A stretch of 64,000 bases of DNA from Clostridia bacterium (lineage in GTDB: Bacteria; Bacillota; Clostridia; UMGS1883; UMGS1540): positions 1 to 64,000 of the forward strand of contig JAZSIR010000008.1 of assembly GCA_045533905.1 (NCBI GenBank). The letters run 5' to 3'. Below, piece after piece: positions 17,821 through 27,126 of the stretch (position 1 is its first letter; each line of letters opens with the position of its first letter). The notes below the pieces were generated by a model. It was not told the origin of the DNA and did not search any database. It saw only the letters and a program-made list of their open reading frames with translations. The position numbers and the translations under genes are program-made.

Positions 17821-17849
17821 ATCTTACCATTTCTCGCTACGTCTGTCAA
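17821..17849 (-). promoter_or_regulatory. Sigma-A promoter of oadB
   Basis: TTGACA-17-TAAGAT with extended TG. Confidence 0.65.
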
Positions 17850-17897
17850 GCCTGCTTTTGAATTCTTATTTAATTTTTAAGTTTTTTCATAAAAGAC

Positions 17898-17926
17898 TTG
17901 ACAACTGCATAAAGGTATAGTATAAT
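17898..17926 (+). promoter_or_regulatory. Sigma-A promoter of the tRNA
   Basis: TTGACA-17-TATAAT. Confidence 0.85.
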
Positions 17927-17953
17927 ATCTAATGTTCCTATTGGAGCCGATAT

Positions 17954-18030
<77 letters not shown>

Positions 18031-18035
18031 AACAG

Positions 18036-18064
18036 AAAAGCAGATGCTAAGGCATCTGCTTTTT
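18036..18064 (+). terminator. Terminator of tRNA-fMet
   Basis: AAAAGCAGATGC-TAAG-GCATCTGCTTTTT. Confidence 0.85.
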
Positions 18065-18087
18065 CATTTTGTACATCCATTTATAAA

Positions 18088-18348
18088 GGGAATGTAAAAA
18101 AAGTCCAGAACGCAAAAAGATAATGAAAACGCAAAATACAGGAAGTGCAAAAAGAAAGAAGCTTCTTTTTTCGGTTAAAAATCTCACTTCTTTCGATTTT
18201 TCTCTGTTTTGTAAATCTTTTTGCTACGCCAAAACGCCACCGCTCGTAGTACACTGAGTACGACGTCGGGTGGCGTTTTACCGTTCTGCCTCTTTTTTTC
18301 TATCCCCCAAAAGGGACTGTAAAAAAACAAAAGTTTTTTTACAGTCCC
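18088..18348. mobile_element. MITE-like non-autonomous element (~261 bp)
   Basis: Terminal inverted repeats GGGAATGTAAAAAAA / TTTTTTTACAGTCCC (14 of 15 match); third TIR copy at 18313-18327; internal hairpin at 18231-18279. Confidence 0.55.
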
Positions 18349-18355
18349 TTTTCTA

Positions 18356-19126
18356 TTATCCTTTTAAAAGTTTTACGATGCGGTCGATAGTTTTGGGTGA
18401 AAGCCTTTTTTGCATCTTGAAGCTGCGAATAAAGCGAAGAAGTTTATTCGTTTTATAATTATCCTTTGCCTCAGCGTGGAACACAGGGATTTTCTTGAGG
18501 TTGCCCGTAAGTTTCAATGAAACAGACGGGTCAGAAAAATACACCGCGCCCTGCACCCAGACAAACAGCTTATTCTGCTTTAAAAATTTGGAAAGCCGCC
18601 ATGTATGGGTAGACACCTGCTTTATGGGGTTATACATCGTGGACACATACGCCCTGCCGCCTTCGGTACGCTTTGTGCGCTTCCAGTTTTCCTCCTCCGT
18701 ATTCCCCACGATCTGTCCTGTGTAATTTTTTGTTTCGACCACGAACACACCCGTGGGGCCTACTACAACCATATCGAGTTCGCTGGTGTTCCCATCAAAT
18801 GTTATGCGGACATTGGAAATCGCCGTATAGGCACTTGGCAGGTGCCGCACGAGACGTTTTGTGGCATTTTCCCCTTCCACGCCTGCGGCAAAAACACCCG
18901 CCTGCTTCCCTGCAAGTTCTGCCGCAAGAAGGCAGACTGCAAAGAAAAGCGCACCGGGGATTAAAATATATAAAAGCTTCAAATCTTTATAAACAAACGA
19001 AAAAACCAAAACGGCAAGCATAGCACCCAAAGCTGCATAGCCGATGCGGGCGCCCCATGCGGATATGACGCGGCACCATTTCCACTGTCTTTGTATACGA
19101 TTGTCCTTTGTGTACAGTTTTGCCAT
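18356..19126 (-). CDS. Membrane-anchored NERD (nuclease-related) domain protein
   Basis: Two TM helices, then GVEGE, ELDMVVVGPTGVFVVETKNYTG, NPIKQ; start 19126 after AAGGAG. Confidence 0.85.
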   Translation of the reverse strand: MAKLYTKDNRIQRQWKWCRVISAWGARIGYAALGAMLAVLVFSFVYKDLKLLYILIPGALFFAVCLLAAELAGKQAGVFAAGVEGENATKRLVRHLPSAYTAISNVRITFDGNTSELDMVVVGPTGVFVVETKNYTGQIVGNTEEENWKRTKRTEGGRAYVSTMYNPIKQVSTHTWRLSKFLKQNKLFVWVQGAVYFSDPSVSLKLTGNLKKIPVFHAEAKDNYKTNKLLRFIRSFKMQKRLSPKTIDRIVKLLKG

Positions 19127-19150
19127 TTCACACGCTCCTTTATCTTTTTG

Positions 19151-19242
19151 ATTATAGCATACTTTCGCACGCTTTGCAAGAGAAGTTTTTATCTTCCCTC
19201 GAATGGAAATCATTTGACTTTGAGAGGAGAATATGATAAGAT
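19151..19242. promoter_or_regulatory. Divergent sigma-A promoters (NERD gene and mtaB operon)
   Basis: Minus strand TTGCAA-17-TATAAT (19151-19179); plus strand TTGACT-17-TAAGAT (19214-19242). Confidence 0.6.
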
Positions 19243-19273
19243 AATTAATAATTCTGTATTTTAAGGAAACGTT

Positions 19274-20560
19274 ATGAAAAAAACAGTTGCTTTTTACACG
19301 CTCGGCTGCCGTGTGAACCAGTATGAAACGGCCGCGATGGAGGCGCTTTTCAAAGAAAGCGGCTACCAGGTTCTCCCCTTTGGGGAAGGCGCGGATATCT
19401 ATATTATAAACACCTGCACCGTAACGGCGGAAAGTGAGCGGAAGTGCCGCCAGATTTTGCGACGTGCCAAGGCCAAAAACCCTTTCTCCCTCGTGGCGGC
19501 GGTTGGCTGTATGGCACAATCCTCGACCGATATTCTTAAGGCAATGCCGGAAGTGGATTTGATTGTAGGAAACACGCAAAAAGCGAATATTGTAGCAGCG
19601 GTAGAAGCGGCCCATTCCTCCGTGTATGTAGATGACCTTTCCAAAATCACGGACTATCAGGAGCTAACGGTGCCTGACTTTGACGCGCGCGACCGCGCAT
19701 TCGTAAAAATCCAGGACGGGTGTGACCGCTTTTGCAGCTACTGCATCATTCCCTACGTCCGCGGCCGTGTGCGAAGCCGCGCTGCAGAGGATATTCTGGA
19801 GGAAATCCGGGCACTTTCAGCGCGCGGATTTCAGGAAGTGGTGCTAACCGGTATTCACGTTGCTTCTTTCGGACGCGGTACCGATACAGATCTCAGTGAT
19901 TTAATCCGCCTTGTTGCCGAAATCGAAGGCATCCGTCGCATTCGTCTCAGCTCCATCGATCCGACGGCGTTTGATGCAAAGCTTCTGCAGACATACAAAG
20001 AAGTGGACAAGCTTTGCCCGCATTTTCACATTTCTCTGCAAAGCGGATCGACCTCCGTTCTGAACAGAATGAATCGTCGCTACACGGCGGACGAATACGC
20101 CGAAGCGGTTATGCGACTTCGCGAAATTCGCCCCGATACAGCGATAACCACCGATATTATCACGGGCTTTCCGGGAGAAACGGAAGAAGAATTTTCGGAA
20201 ACGGTGGCCTTTGCGGAAACGATAGCCCTATCCGGCATTCACGTGTTCCCCTATTCCGAGCGAAGCGGGACACGCGCGGCCGAAATGGAAGGGCAAATTC
20301 CCCGCCCCGTGCGCGAGGCGCGTGCCCGTATGCTGATTCAGAAAACCAGGGCGCTTCGCGAAGCGTTTGCAAGGCGTTTTATAAACACCGCGCAGCCTGT
20401 TTTATTTGAAAGCGGAGGCAGTACGTGCTCGGGCTTTACGCCCCATTTTCTGCGCGTAGAAGTGCCGGATGCACCAAAAACCTGCGACCTTGCCGGAAAA
20501 ATTTTTCCGGTTCTGATATATGATGCTAAAGGAGAAACACTGTATGGAAAACTTACATAA
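19274..20560 (+). CDS. mtaB: tRNA t6A37 methylthiotransferase
   Basis: TLGCRVNQYE, INTCTVT, KIQDGCDRFCSYC, HVFPYSERSGT. Confidence 0.92.
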   Translation: MKKTVAFYTLGCRVNQYETAAMEALFKESGYQVLPFGEGADIYIINTCTVTAESERKCRQILRRAKAKNPFSLVAAVGCMAQSSTDILKAMPEVDLIVGNTQKANIVAAVEAAHSSVYVDDLSKITDYQELTVPDFDARDRAFVKIQDGCDRFCSYCIIPYVRGRVRSRAAEDILEEIRALSARGFQEVVLTGIHVASFGRGTDTDLSDLIRLVAEIEGIRRIRLSSIDPTAFDAKLLQTYKEVDKLCPHFHISLQSGSTSVLNRMNRRYTADEYAEAVMRLREIRPDTAITTDIITGFPGETEEEFSETVAFAETIALSGIHVFPYSERSGTRAAEMEGQIPRPVREARARMLIQKTRALREAFARRFINTAQPVLFESGGSTCSGFTPHFLRVEVPDAPKTCDLAGKIFPVLIYDAKGETLYGKLT

Positions 20561-21284
20561 CACTGTGGACATTCTGGGCGTTTCGGTAAACCGCGCTTCT
20601 TTTGACGATGCGCTTTCCACCGCCATTTCCTTTCTGGATACGGAAGAGGCGCACGCCATCTATACACCAAATCCCGAAATTATTATGATGGCCTACCGCG
20701 ATAGCGAATACGCCGCCGTATTAAACCGCGCGGCGATGGTGGTGCCGGACGGCATAGGCGTTGTATACGGTTCGCGCATTGTGGGGCGGCCCGTTACGGA
20801 GCGCGTGGCGGGCTTTGACCTTTCCTGTGCCCTTTTGGCACATGCCGGAAAGACGGGCAAACGGCTCTTCCTCTTCGGCGGAAAACCGGGCGTTGCGGAA
20901 GAAGCCGCCAAAAAGATTTCCGAAACGTATCCCGGCATTTTCATTGCAGGAACCACACACGGTTACCATAAAAGCTATGACCATGTAGCCGCAGAGATTG
21001 CAGAAAGCGCGGCCGACATCGTTCTCGTTTGCCTTGGTGCGCCGAAACAGGAACTTTGGATTGACGAAAACAAGGACAAGACAGGCGCAAAAGTTCTGAT
21101 TGGCGCAGGCGGCAGTCTGGATGTCTTTGCCGGCACCGTAAAACGCGCACCCCTGTTTTTCCGCAAACTTAACCTCGAATGGTTCTATAGACTTATAAAA
21201 CAACCTTCCCGCATTGGGCGCATGCTCGATTTGCCGCGTTTTGCATGGAAGGTGCTGCTCCATGGCGAGCGGCAGAAAGGATAA
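20544..21284 (+). CDS. WecB/TagA/CpsF glycosyltransferase
   Basis: [33 protein letters not shown]. Confidence 0.92.
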   Translation: MENLHNTVDILGVSVNRASFDDALSTAISFLDTEEAHAIYTPNPEIIMMAYRDSEYAAVLNRAAMVVPDGIGVVYGSRIVGRPVTERVAGFDLSCALLAHAGKTGKRLFLFGGKPGVAEEAAKKISETYPGIFIAGTTHGYHKSYDHVAAEIAESAADIVLVCLGAPKQELWIDENKDKTGAKVLIGAGGSLDVFAGTVKRAPLFFRKLNLEWFYRLIKQPSRIGRMLDLPRFAWKVLLHGERQKG

Positions 21285-21288
21285 AGGT

Positions 21289-22053
21289 ATGTTAAAAGTA
21301 CAGTTACTCCAGTACACTCCGGGAGCGGAACAACTCGTAGCGGCAGCTGCAAAGCTCTGCTACTCAAGCGCCGGTATTACCGATGTTCTCGACAAGCTCG
21401 ACGCGGAAAAAACGGAGAAATTTCTGCAAATGCTTGCCTCCATCGGGCACGAAAGCCCTATCGAGCACGTAAGCTTCACGTTTGGCATCGAAGGCGTCAG
21501 CCGCTCGCTTCTCGCACAGCTGACACGCCACCGCATTGCAAGCTACAGCGTAAAGAGCCAACGGTACGTTACGGAAGGTGCCTTTACCTTTGTGGTGCCG
21601 CCTGAAATCGAAGCGGATCCGCGTGCAAAAGAGATTTTCCTTGCTTCTATGGAGCGGGATCAGGCAGATTATGACAAGCTCACCGAAATCCTTTTTGAAA
21701 AGCATTATGCCGCTATGCTCGAGGGTGGTGAGGATGAAAAATCCGCCAAAACAAAAGCACAGAAAAAGGCCATTGAAGATGCGCGCTATGTGCTTCCGAA
21801 CGCCTGCGAAACGAAGCTTCTCGCCACCTTTAATGCAAGAAGCCTTCACAACTTCTTCGCGCACCGTCTTTGCGAGCGTGCACAGTGGGAAATCCGTGCG
21901 CTTGCAGAAGAAATGCTCCGCCTTGTAAAAGAGGTTGCGCCCACGCTCTTTGCGCGCTGTGCGCCGCCCTGTGTATACGGTCCCTGCCCTGAGGGCAAAA
22001 TGTCCTGCGGAAAGATGCTCGAGAAAAGAGCGCTTTACAAGGGGGATTTATAA
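21289..22053 (+). CDS. thyX: FAD-dependent thymidylate synthase
   Basis: [28 protein letters not shown]. Confidence 0.95.
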   Translation: MLKVQLLQYTPGAEQLVAAAAKLCYSSAGITDVLDKLDAEKTEKFLQMLASIGHESPIEHVSFTFGIEGVSRSLLAQLTRHRIASYSVKSQRYVTEGAFTFVVPPEIEADPRAKEIFLASMERDQADYDKLTEILFEKHYAAMLEGGEDEKSAKTKAQKKAIEDARYVLPNACETKLLATFNARSLHNFFAHRLCERAQWEIRALAEEMLRLVKEVAPTLFARCAPPCVYGPCPEGKMSCGKMLEKRALYKGDL

Positions 22054-22745
22054 TGCTTATCGTTCTTGAAGGCGTAGATTCCAGCGGTAAGGCCACACAA
22101 ACGGAGCTTTTATGCGCGGCACTTGCCAAAACAAACGATGTGCGAAAGGTCACCTTCCCCGATTATGAAAGTGACTCTTCCGCGCTTGTAAAGATGTATC
22201 TTTCAGGCGCTTTTGGTGAGAGTGCGGACGCCGTTTCTCCTTTTGCCGCCTCCACCTTTTTTGCAGCGGATCGCTTTGCCTCGTACAAAACAAACTGGGG
22301 CCGTTTTCTGGGGGACGGCGGCGTGGTGGTTTGCGACCGCTACACCACCTCCAACATGGTACACCAAGCCGCAAAGATTCCGGAAAAAGCAGAAAAAGAT
22401 GCTTTTTTAGAATGGCTTTACGACCTTGAATACCAGAAAATGGGCCTGCCGAAGCCCGATATTGTTTTCTTTTTGGATATGCCCCCTGCCTATGCCAGAA
22501 AACTTATGGCAGCGCGTGCCAATAAGTTTACGGGTGAAGCGGAAAAGGACATCCACGAACGGGATGCTGACCATATCACAAAAGCGTATGAAAATGCAGT
22601 ATACGTTGCCAAAAAATACAACTGGCACTTTATTTCGTGTGTGAAAGACGGAGAAATCCGCACCATTTCGGATATACACGAGGAAATTTTCAAAACAGCT
22701 GAAGGTGCAACTCATGAATTTTCGTCCAATCGAAGCGACAGATAA
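22053..22745 (+). CDS. tmk: Thymidylate kinase
   Basis: EGVDSSGKATQ, FPDY, DRYTTSN. Confidence 0.9.
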   Translation: MLIVLEGVDSSGKATQTELLCAALAKTNDVRKVTFPDYESDSSALVKMYLSGAFGESADAVSPFAASTFFAADRFASYKTNWGRFLGDGGVVVCDRYTTSNMVHQAAKIPEKAEKDAFLEWLYDLEYQKMGLPKPDIVFFLDMPPAYARKLMAARANKFTGEAEKDIHERDADHITKAYENAVYVAKKYNWHFISCVKDGEIRTISDIHEEIFKTAEGATHEFSSNRSDR

Positions 22746-23577
22746 AGAGATTTACGAGCGCTATTACCGCGCGAAGGCGCGCATGGCGTCTGATGCAAGC
22801 TTTACCACCCCTTTTGTGTGGGCGGAAAGCTTTGGCACATCCCTCTGCCTTGAAAATGATGTGCTCTGCCTTATGGGGGTAAACCCGAAAGGCACGCCAT
22901 ATTTTATGATGCCTGTAGGAACAGGCGACAAGGTTGGCTTTTTGCGAAAGCTTGCCGCCTTTGCCAAAGAAGCCGCCATCCCCTTCTCCATTCACTGGAT
23001 TTTGGAAGAGGAGCTGCCGCTTATTCATGAGGCGTTTGGAGAAAAATACGCCATTGTTCCCTCACGAAACAGCGCCGAATATATCTATCACACCGAATCT
23101 CTCCTGACGCTTTCCGGCAAAAAACTGCACGCAAAAAGAAACCACGTAAACGGCTTTAAGGCCGCATACACCTATGAAACCGTGCCTATCACCGAAGAAA
23201 ACCTCGGAGATGCGACGGCCTTTGTACTCACACGGTGCAATTCAAAAGAAGAACATGCGGCGATGCAAAAGCTTTTTGCACATTATTTTCACTTAGGTCT
23301 CACCGGTATGCTTCTCTATGCCGACGGTGCCCTCGCCGCGGTAACTGCCGGCGAGAAAATCACGGAAGATACGGCGCTTATACATCTTGAAAAAGCAGAC
23401 ACCGAAATCAAAGGTTCTTATCCGGCCGTAAACCAATTATTTATCACAGAATATTTCCGGGATACGAAATATATCAACCGCGAAGAGGATATGGGGATTG
23501 AGGGGCTCCGCCGCGCGAAGCTTTCCTACGCTCCCGCTTTCCTTTTGGAAAAATTTACGCTGACGGAGGCGCTTTGA
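22714..23577 (+). CDS. DUF2156 / MprF C-terminal-like protein
   Basis: EYIY...LSGKKLHAKRNH, HLEKA, YINREEDMGIEGLRRAKLSY. Confidence 0.88.
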   Translation: MNFRPIEATDKEIYERYYRAKARMASDASFTTPFVWAESFGTSLCLENDVLCLMGVNPKGTPYFMMPVGTGDKVGFLRKLAAFAKEAAIPFSIHWILEEELPLIHEAFGEKYAIVPSRNSAEYIYHTESLLTLSGKKLHAKRNHVNGFKAAYTYETVPITEENLGDATAFVLTRCNSKEEHAAMQKLFAHYFHLGLTGMLLYADGALAAVTAGEKITEDTALIHLEKADTEIKGSYPAVNQLFITEYFRDTKYINREEDMGIEGLRRAKLSYAPAFLLEKFTLTEAL

Positions 23578-24452
23578 TGCATATTGCTTTTGCCACACAT
23601 GAGGATACAGTCGCGCTTCGCGAGATGTGGAAAATTTGTTTCGGAGACGATGACAGCTATATAAACGCCTACTTTGAAAATGTATATCATCCCGAAAATA
23701 CACTTGTTGCCTGGGAAGACGGCGCACGCGCAGGAAGCCTCCAGATGATTCCGCACACCTTTATTCTGGATGGACACTCGCACCGCAGTATGTATATCGG
23801 GGGCGTTTGTGTTTTACCGGCCTATCGAAAGCGCGGCATTGCCTCTGCGCTTATGGCTTTTGCGGAAAATTATATGCAAGAAATCGGTATGGAGCTCGCC
23901 TTTTTAGTGCCGTTCTCCTTTGCATTTTATGAAAAACTTGGCTACCGTGCGATAAGCTTTCTTTCTGAATTCTCGGGCCCCATCTCCGCGCTTCCCCCTT
24001 TTATAAAGACGGACATTTTTCCAACCGAGACGGAACTTGTGCCCTCTCTTGCCTATTCGCAATTTGCCGCGCGTTTTCCTGCCTTTTTAGAAAGAGATGC
24101 CACGCGCTATGAAAAAGAGATTTTCCCACTTTCCGAAAGTGCAAAACACTTCGCACTCCCCTCGGATGCAGGCTATGTTCTTTGTGCCTCGCGTGGTGAG
24201 GTTTTGGATGTTTTAGAAATTGTGTACAAAGACGAAGAAGCACTCTCCCGCCTTCTTGGCTTTATATATGCACAAAGCGAGGCGCATACCTCCTTCCGCA
24301 TCCGTGCGGCGGCGGACGGCGTGCTTCGAAAATTTTTATGCGAGAATACCATTACGGAAAAGAGATTCCCGCACGCTATGGTGAAAACCTTTGCGGACAT
24401 CTCTGTGCCGTGTTCCTTTGATAACTATATCCATATGATAGGGTGGTTTTAA
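23577..24452 (+). CDS. GNAT (Eis-like) N-acetyltransferase
   Basis: VCVLPAYRKRGIASALM, LVP...FYEKLGY. Confidence 0.88.
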   Translation: MHIAFATHEDTVALREMWKICFGDDDSYINAYFENVYHPENTLVAWEDGARAGSLQMIPHTFILDGHSHRSMYIGGVCVLPAYRKRGIASALMAFAENYMQEIGMELAFLVPFSFAFYEKLGYRAISFLSEFSGPISALPPFIKTDIFPTETELVPSLAYSQFAARFPAFLERDATRYEKEIFPLSESAKHFALPSDAGYVLCASRGEVLDVLEIVYKDEEALSRLLGFIYAQSEAHTSFRIRAAADGVLRKFLCENTITEKRFPHAMVKTFADISVPCSFDNYIHMIGWF

Positions 24453-24982
24453 TGTTTTATCTTTTTTTAGCTGACGGTTTTGAGGAAATTGAAGCGCTCG
24501 CGGTTGTGGACATTCTGCGCCGCGGAAATGTGCCCGTACTCACAGTAGGCATCACAGGTGAACGCGTTGAAGGTGCGCACGGCATCACAGTGGAAGCCGA
24601 CATCCCACTTTCCCGCGTGGAGCCCGACAAAATGGAGGGCGTAATTTTACCCGGCGGTATGCCCGGCACCACAAATCTCGACGAAAGCGCCGAGCTTTCT
24701 TCCCTTTTGGATTTTGCCGCCGAAAACCAGCTCTGGCTCTGTGCCATTTGTGCCGCGCCGCTTATTTTAGGCAAAAAAGGTCTTCTCTCCGGAAAGCACG
24801 CCACGTGCTACCCCGGATTTGAAGAATACCTTTCGGGTGCTATCCTTGGAAGTGGCGTTTGCCGTGACGGCAGCACCATAACCGCGCAGGGCCCCGGCGT
24901 GGCTTCGGAATTTGCATTTACAATTTTAGAAGCGCTCGGAAAGGATACGGCCACACTTCGAAAGGATATGCAGTATGCATAA
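24452..24982 (+). CDS. DJ-1/PfpI (YajL/ThiJ) family protein
   Basis: GFEEIEA, LPGGMPG, AICAAP, TCYPGFE. Confidence 0.92.
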   Translation: MFYLFLADGFEEIEALAVVDILRRGNVPVLTVGITGERVEGAHGITVEADIPLSRVEPDKMEGVILPGGMPGTTNLDESAELSSLLDFAAENQLWLCAICAAPLILGKKGLLSGKHATCYPGFEEYLSGAILGSGVCRDGSTITAQGPGVASEFAFTILEALGKDTATLRKDMQYA

Positions 24983-25502
24983 AGAAACCCTCAGAAAAGA
25001 AATTCTCGCAAAGCGGGATGCGGCCTCTTCGGCCTCTCTTTCCACTTCTATCTGCACGCTCGCGGCATCTCTTCCCGAGTTTCTCTCCGCCCGCACGGTG
25101 ATGCTGTATCTTGCAAAAGGCAGCGAGGTTGATACTGCCCGCCTTCTGGCGCTCTCACACCGGATGGGCAAAACCATCTGCGCCCCGCGCATTACAGGCC
25201 CAGGCGAAATGGAAGCGGCCATTTTAGACATACGTGGCTTTCGCCGCGGTGCCTTTGGAATTTTAGAGCCGCTCGGCCCTCGAACAGATGCACCGGATAT
25301 TATTTTTGTTCCCGGCACTGTTTTTGATACAAAAGGAAATCGCATCGGCTACGGCAAAGGGTATTATGACCGCTTTTTACAGGCACATCCCGCCTATTCT
25401 GTTGGCCTTGCCTATGCCTGTCAGGTGGTGGATTCTGTTCCCACCCTCGCGCACGATGTGCGTCTTTGCCGGATTCTTACCGAAGAAGGAATATGCTTAT
25501 GA
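24975..25502 (+). CDS. 5-formyltetrahydrofolate cyclo-ligase
   Basis: FGILEP, VPGTVFD, RIGYGKGYYDR. Confidence 0.92.
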   Translation: MHKETLRKEILAKRDAASSASLSTSICTLAASLPEFLSARTVMLYLAKGSEVDTARLLALSHRMGKTICAPRITGPGEMEAAILDIRGFRRGAFGILEPLGPRTDAPDIIFVPGTVFDTKGNRIGYGKGYYDRFLQAHPAYSVGLAYACQVVDSVPTLAHDVRLCRILTEEGICL

Positions 25503-26458
25503 AAAAAATATGGATTGGTCTTCTCGCTTTACTGCTTCTCCTATGTATAGCCTCCCTTTTTCTGGATGTTGTTGGCATCGGTGGTGCTCCTGTGTCTGTC
25601 TCTATCCCCGAAGGGAGCAGCGCATCACAGATTGCCTATCTTTTGAAAGAAAAGGGCGTTATCCGTTTTCCCTCGGTTTTCACCTTGTATGCACGGAGCG
25701 ATGCCGCACATCTGCGCGCAGGTCTCCATTCCTTTACAAAGTCTATGGGGTATAAAAAGGTGCTCGCGGAGCTTTGCCGCGATGTGCCGCCGGCAAATGC
25801 CAAAACCGTAACCATTCCCGAAGGCTATGAGGTGCGCGAAATCGCGACACTTCTCGAGCGCGAAGGGATTGTGGGCGCCGCGGATTTTATGGCCACCGCA
25901 AAGAGTGCCTATAAAGATTTTGCCTTTCTGCCAAAGGACGGAAATTTGGAAGGCTACCTTTTTCCCGCCACCTATCAGTTTTTGGCACCCTCCAGCGCGG
26001 AAACGGTGCTGCACGTCTTACTTTCCACCTTCGAAGAAAGAATGTATACAAGCACAAATTTGGCACGCTGCCGCGAGCTTTCACTTTCCTTCCACGAGGC
26101 TCTCACTATGGCTTCCATCATCGAGCGTGAGGCCGCAAAAAGCGAGGAGAGAAAAACGGTTGCTTCTGTTTTTTATAACCGCCTTGAAAAAAATATGCGG
26201 CTTGAATCGTGCGCTACGGTACAGTACATTTTAAAGGAACGAAAACCCGTTTTGTCCAACCGCGATACCCGCATTTCTTCCCCGTATAACACGTACCAGA
26301 ATGCCGGCCTTCCGCCTGCGCCGATTGCTTCGCCGGGCGAGGCCAGTATGGAGGCGGCGCTATATCCTGCCGAAACCGACTATCTCTTCTTTGTAGCGGA
26401 CGGCAGCGGCGGCCATACATTTTCCAAAACATTTGCGGAGCATCTGGCCGCACAGTAA
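25499..26458 (+). CDS. mltG: Endolytic transglycosylase MltG
   Basis: N-terminal TM; TIPEG, LEGYLFPATY, ASIIERE, SPYNTY...GLPPAPIASPG. Confidence 0.92.
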   Translation: MKKIWIGLLALLLLLCIASLFLDVVGIGGAPVSVSIPEGSSASQIAYLLKEKGVIRFPSVFTLYARSDAAHLRAGLHSFTKSMGYKKVLAELCRDVPPANAKTVTIPEGYEVREIATLLEREGIVGAADFMATAKSAYKDFAFLPKDGNLEGYLFPATYQFLAPSSAETVLHVLLSTFEERMYTSTNLARCRELSLSFHEALTMASIIEREAAKSEERKTVASVFYNRLEKNMRLESCATVQYILKERKPVLSNRDTRISSPYNTYQNAGLPPAPIASPGEASMEAALYPAETDYLFFVADGSGGHTFSKTFAEHLAAQ

Positions 26459-26468
26459 CAAGAGGGTG

Positions 26469-26981
26469 ATGAATTTGAAAACCTGTCTCCATATCTACAC
26501 CGGCAACGGCAAAGGCAAAACGACCGCAGCCACGGGCCTTGCCGCCCGTTTTATAGCCTACGGCGGTGAGGTTATGTGTATCCAGTTTATGAAAGGGTCT
26601 GAAAGTGGCGAATGTGCTTCTTTGAAAGCGCTTGGAGCCCGTGTGCACCGCCTTTCGGAAAACTTTGGTTTTTATCCGCATTTTTCTGCCCCCGAGCGCG
26701 TTTTAGAGGAACATGGACGTCTCTTGGCGCTTGCCAAAGAATTTTCCCAAAAAGAAAATGCGCTTCTCATTCTGGATGAAAGCATTTCGGCCTATTCCCT
26801 TTCGCTCCTCGACCGTGCGGAGTTCCTCTCCATACTGAAAGGCAGAAAATGCGAAATGGTTTGCACGGGACGCGATGTACCGCCCGAGCTTTTATCCCTC
26901 GCCGATTATATAACAGAAATGAAGTGCATCCGCCATCCGTACGAAAATGGTCTTCCCGCCCGATGCGGCGTTGAATTTTAA
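26469..26981 (+). CDS. cobO: Cob(I)alamin adenosyltransferase (CobO/BtuR family)
   Basis: YTGNGKGKTTAA, QFMKG, ILDE, TGR, HPY...GVEF. Confidence 0.88.
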   Translation: MNLKTCLHIYTGNGKGKTTAATGLAARFIAYGGEVMCIQFMKGSESGECASLKALGARVHRLSENFGFYPHFSAPERVLEEHGRLLALAKEFSQKENALLILDESISAYSLSLLDRAEFLSILKGRKCEMVCTGRDVPPELLSLADYITEMKCIRHPYENGLPARCGVEF

Positions 26982-27036
26982 AAAAAAATCATACTCTTAA
27001 AGGCAGTATGGAAATTGAAAAGAATGTATTCGACAG

Positions 27037-27075
27037 AAAAAGGACGGGGATTTATCAAAATTTCTCGTCCTTTTT
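27037..27075. terminator. Probable bidirectional terminator
   Basis: AAAAAGGACGGGGA...TTCTCGTCCTTTTT between convergent genes. Confidence 0.6.
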
Positions 27076-27126
27076 CTTGCCAAACGCTGCTTTTTCGGGG
27101 ATAAAATCACTTTCGGAGAAATGTTC

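Noticed and set aside
19127-19615. N-terminal extension of the NERD ORF to 419 aa
   Set aside because: Runs through two promoters and antisense into mtaB; the RBS supports ATG 19126
26469-26981. Cobalamin biosynthesis cluster or B12 riboswitch
   Set aside because: A single adenosyltransferase at the end of a mixed operon, with no cob/cbi genes and no leader space
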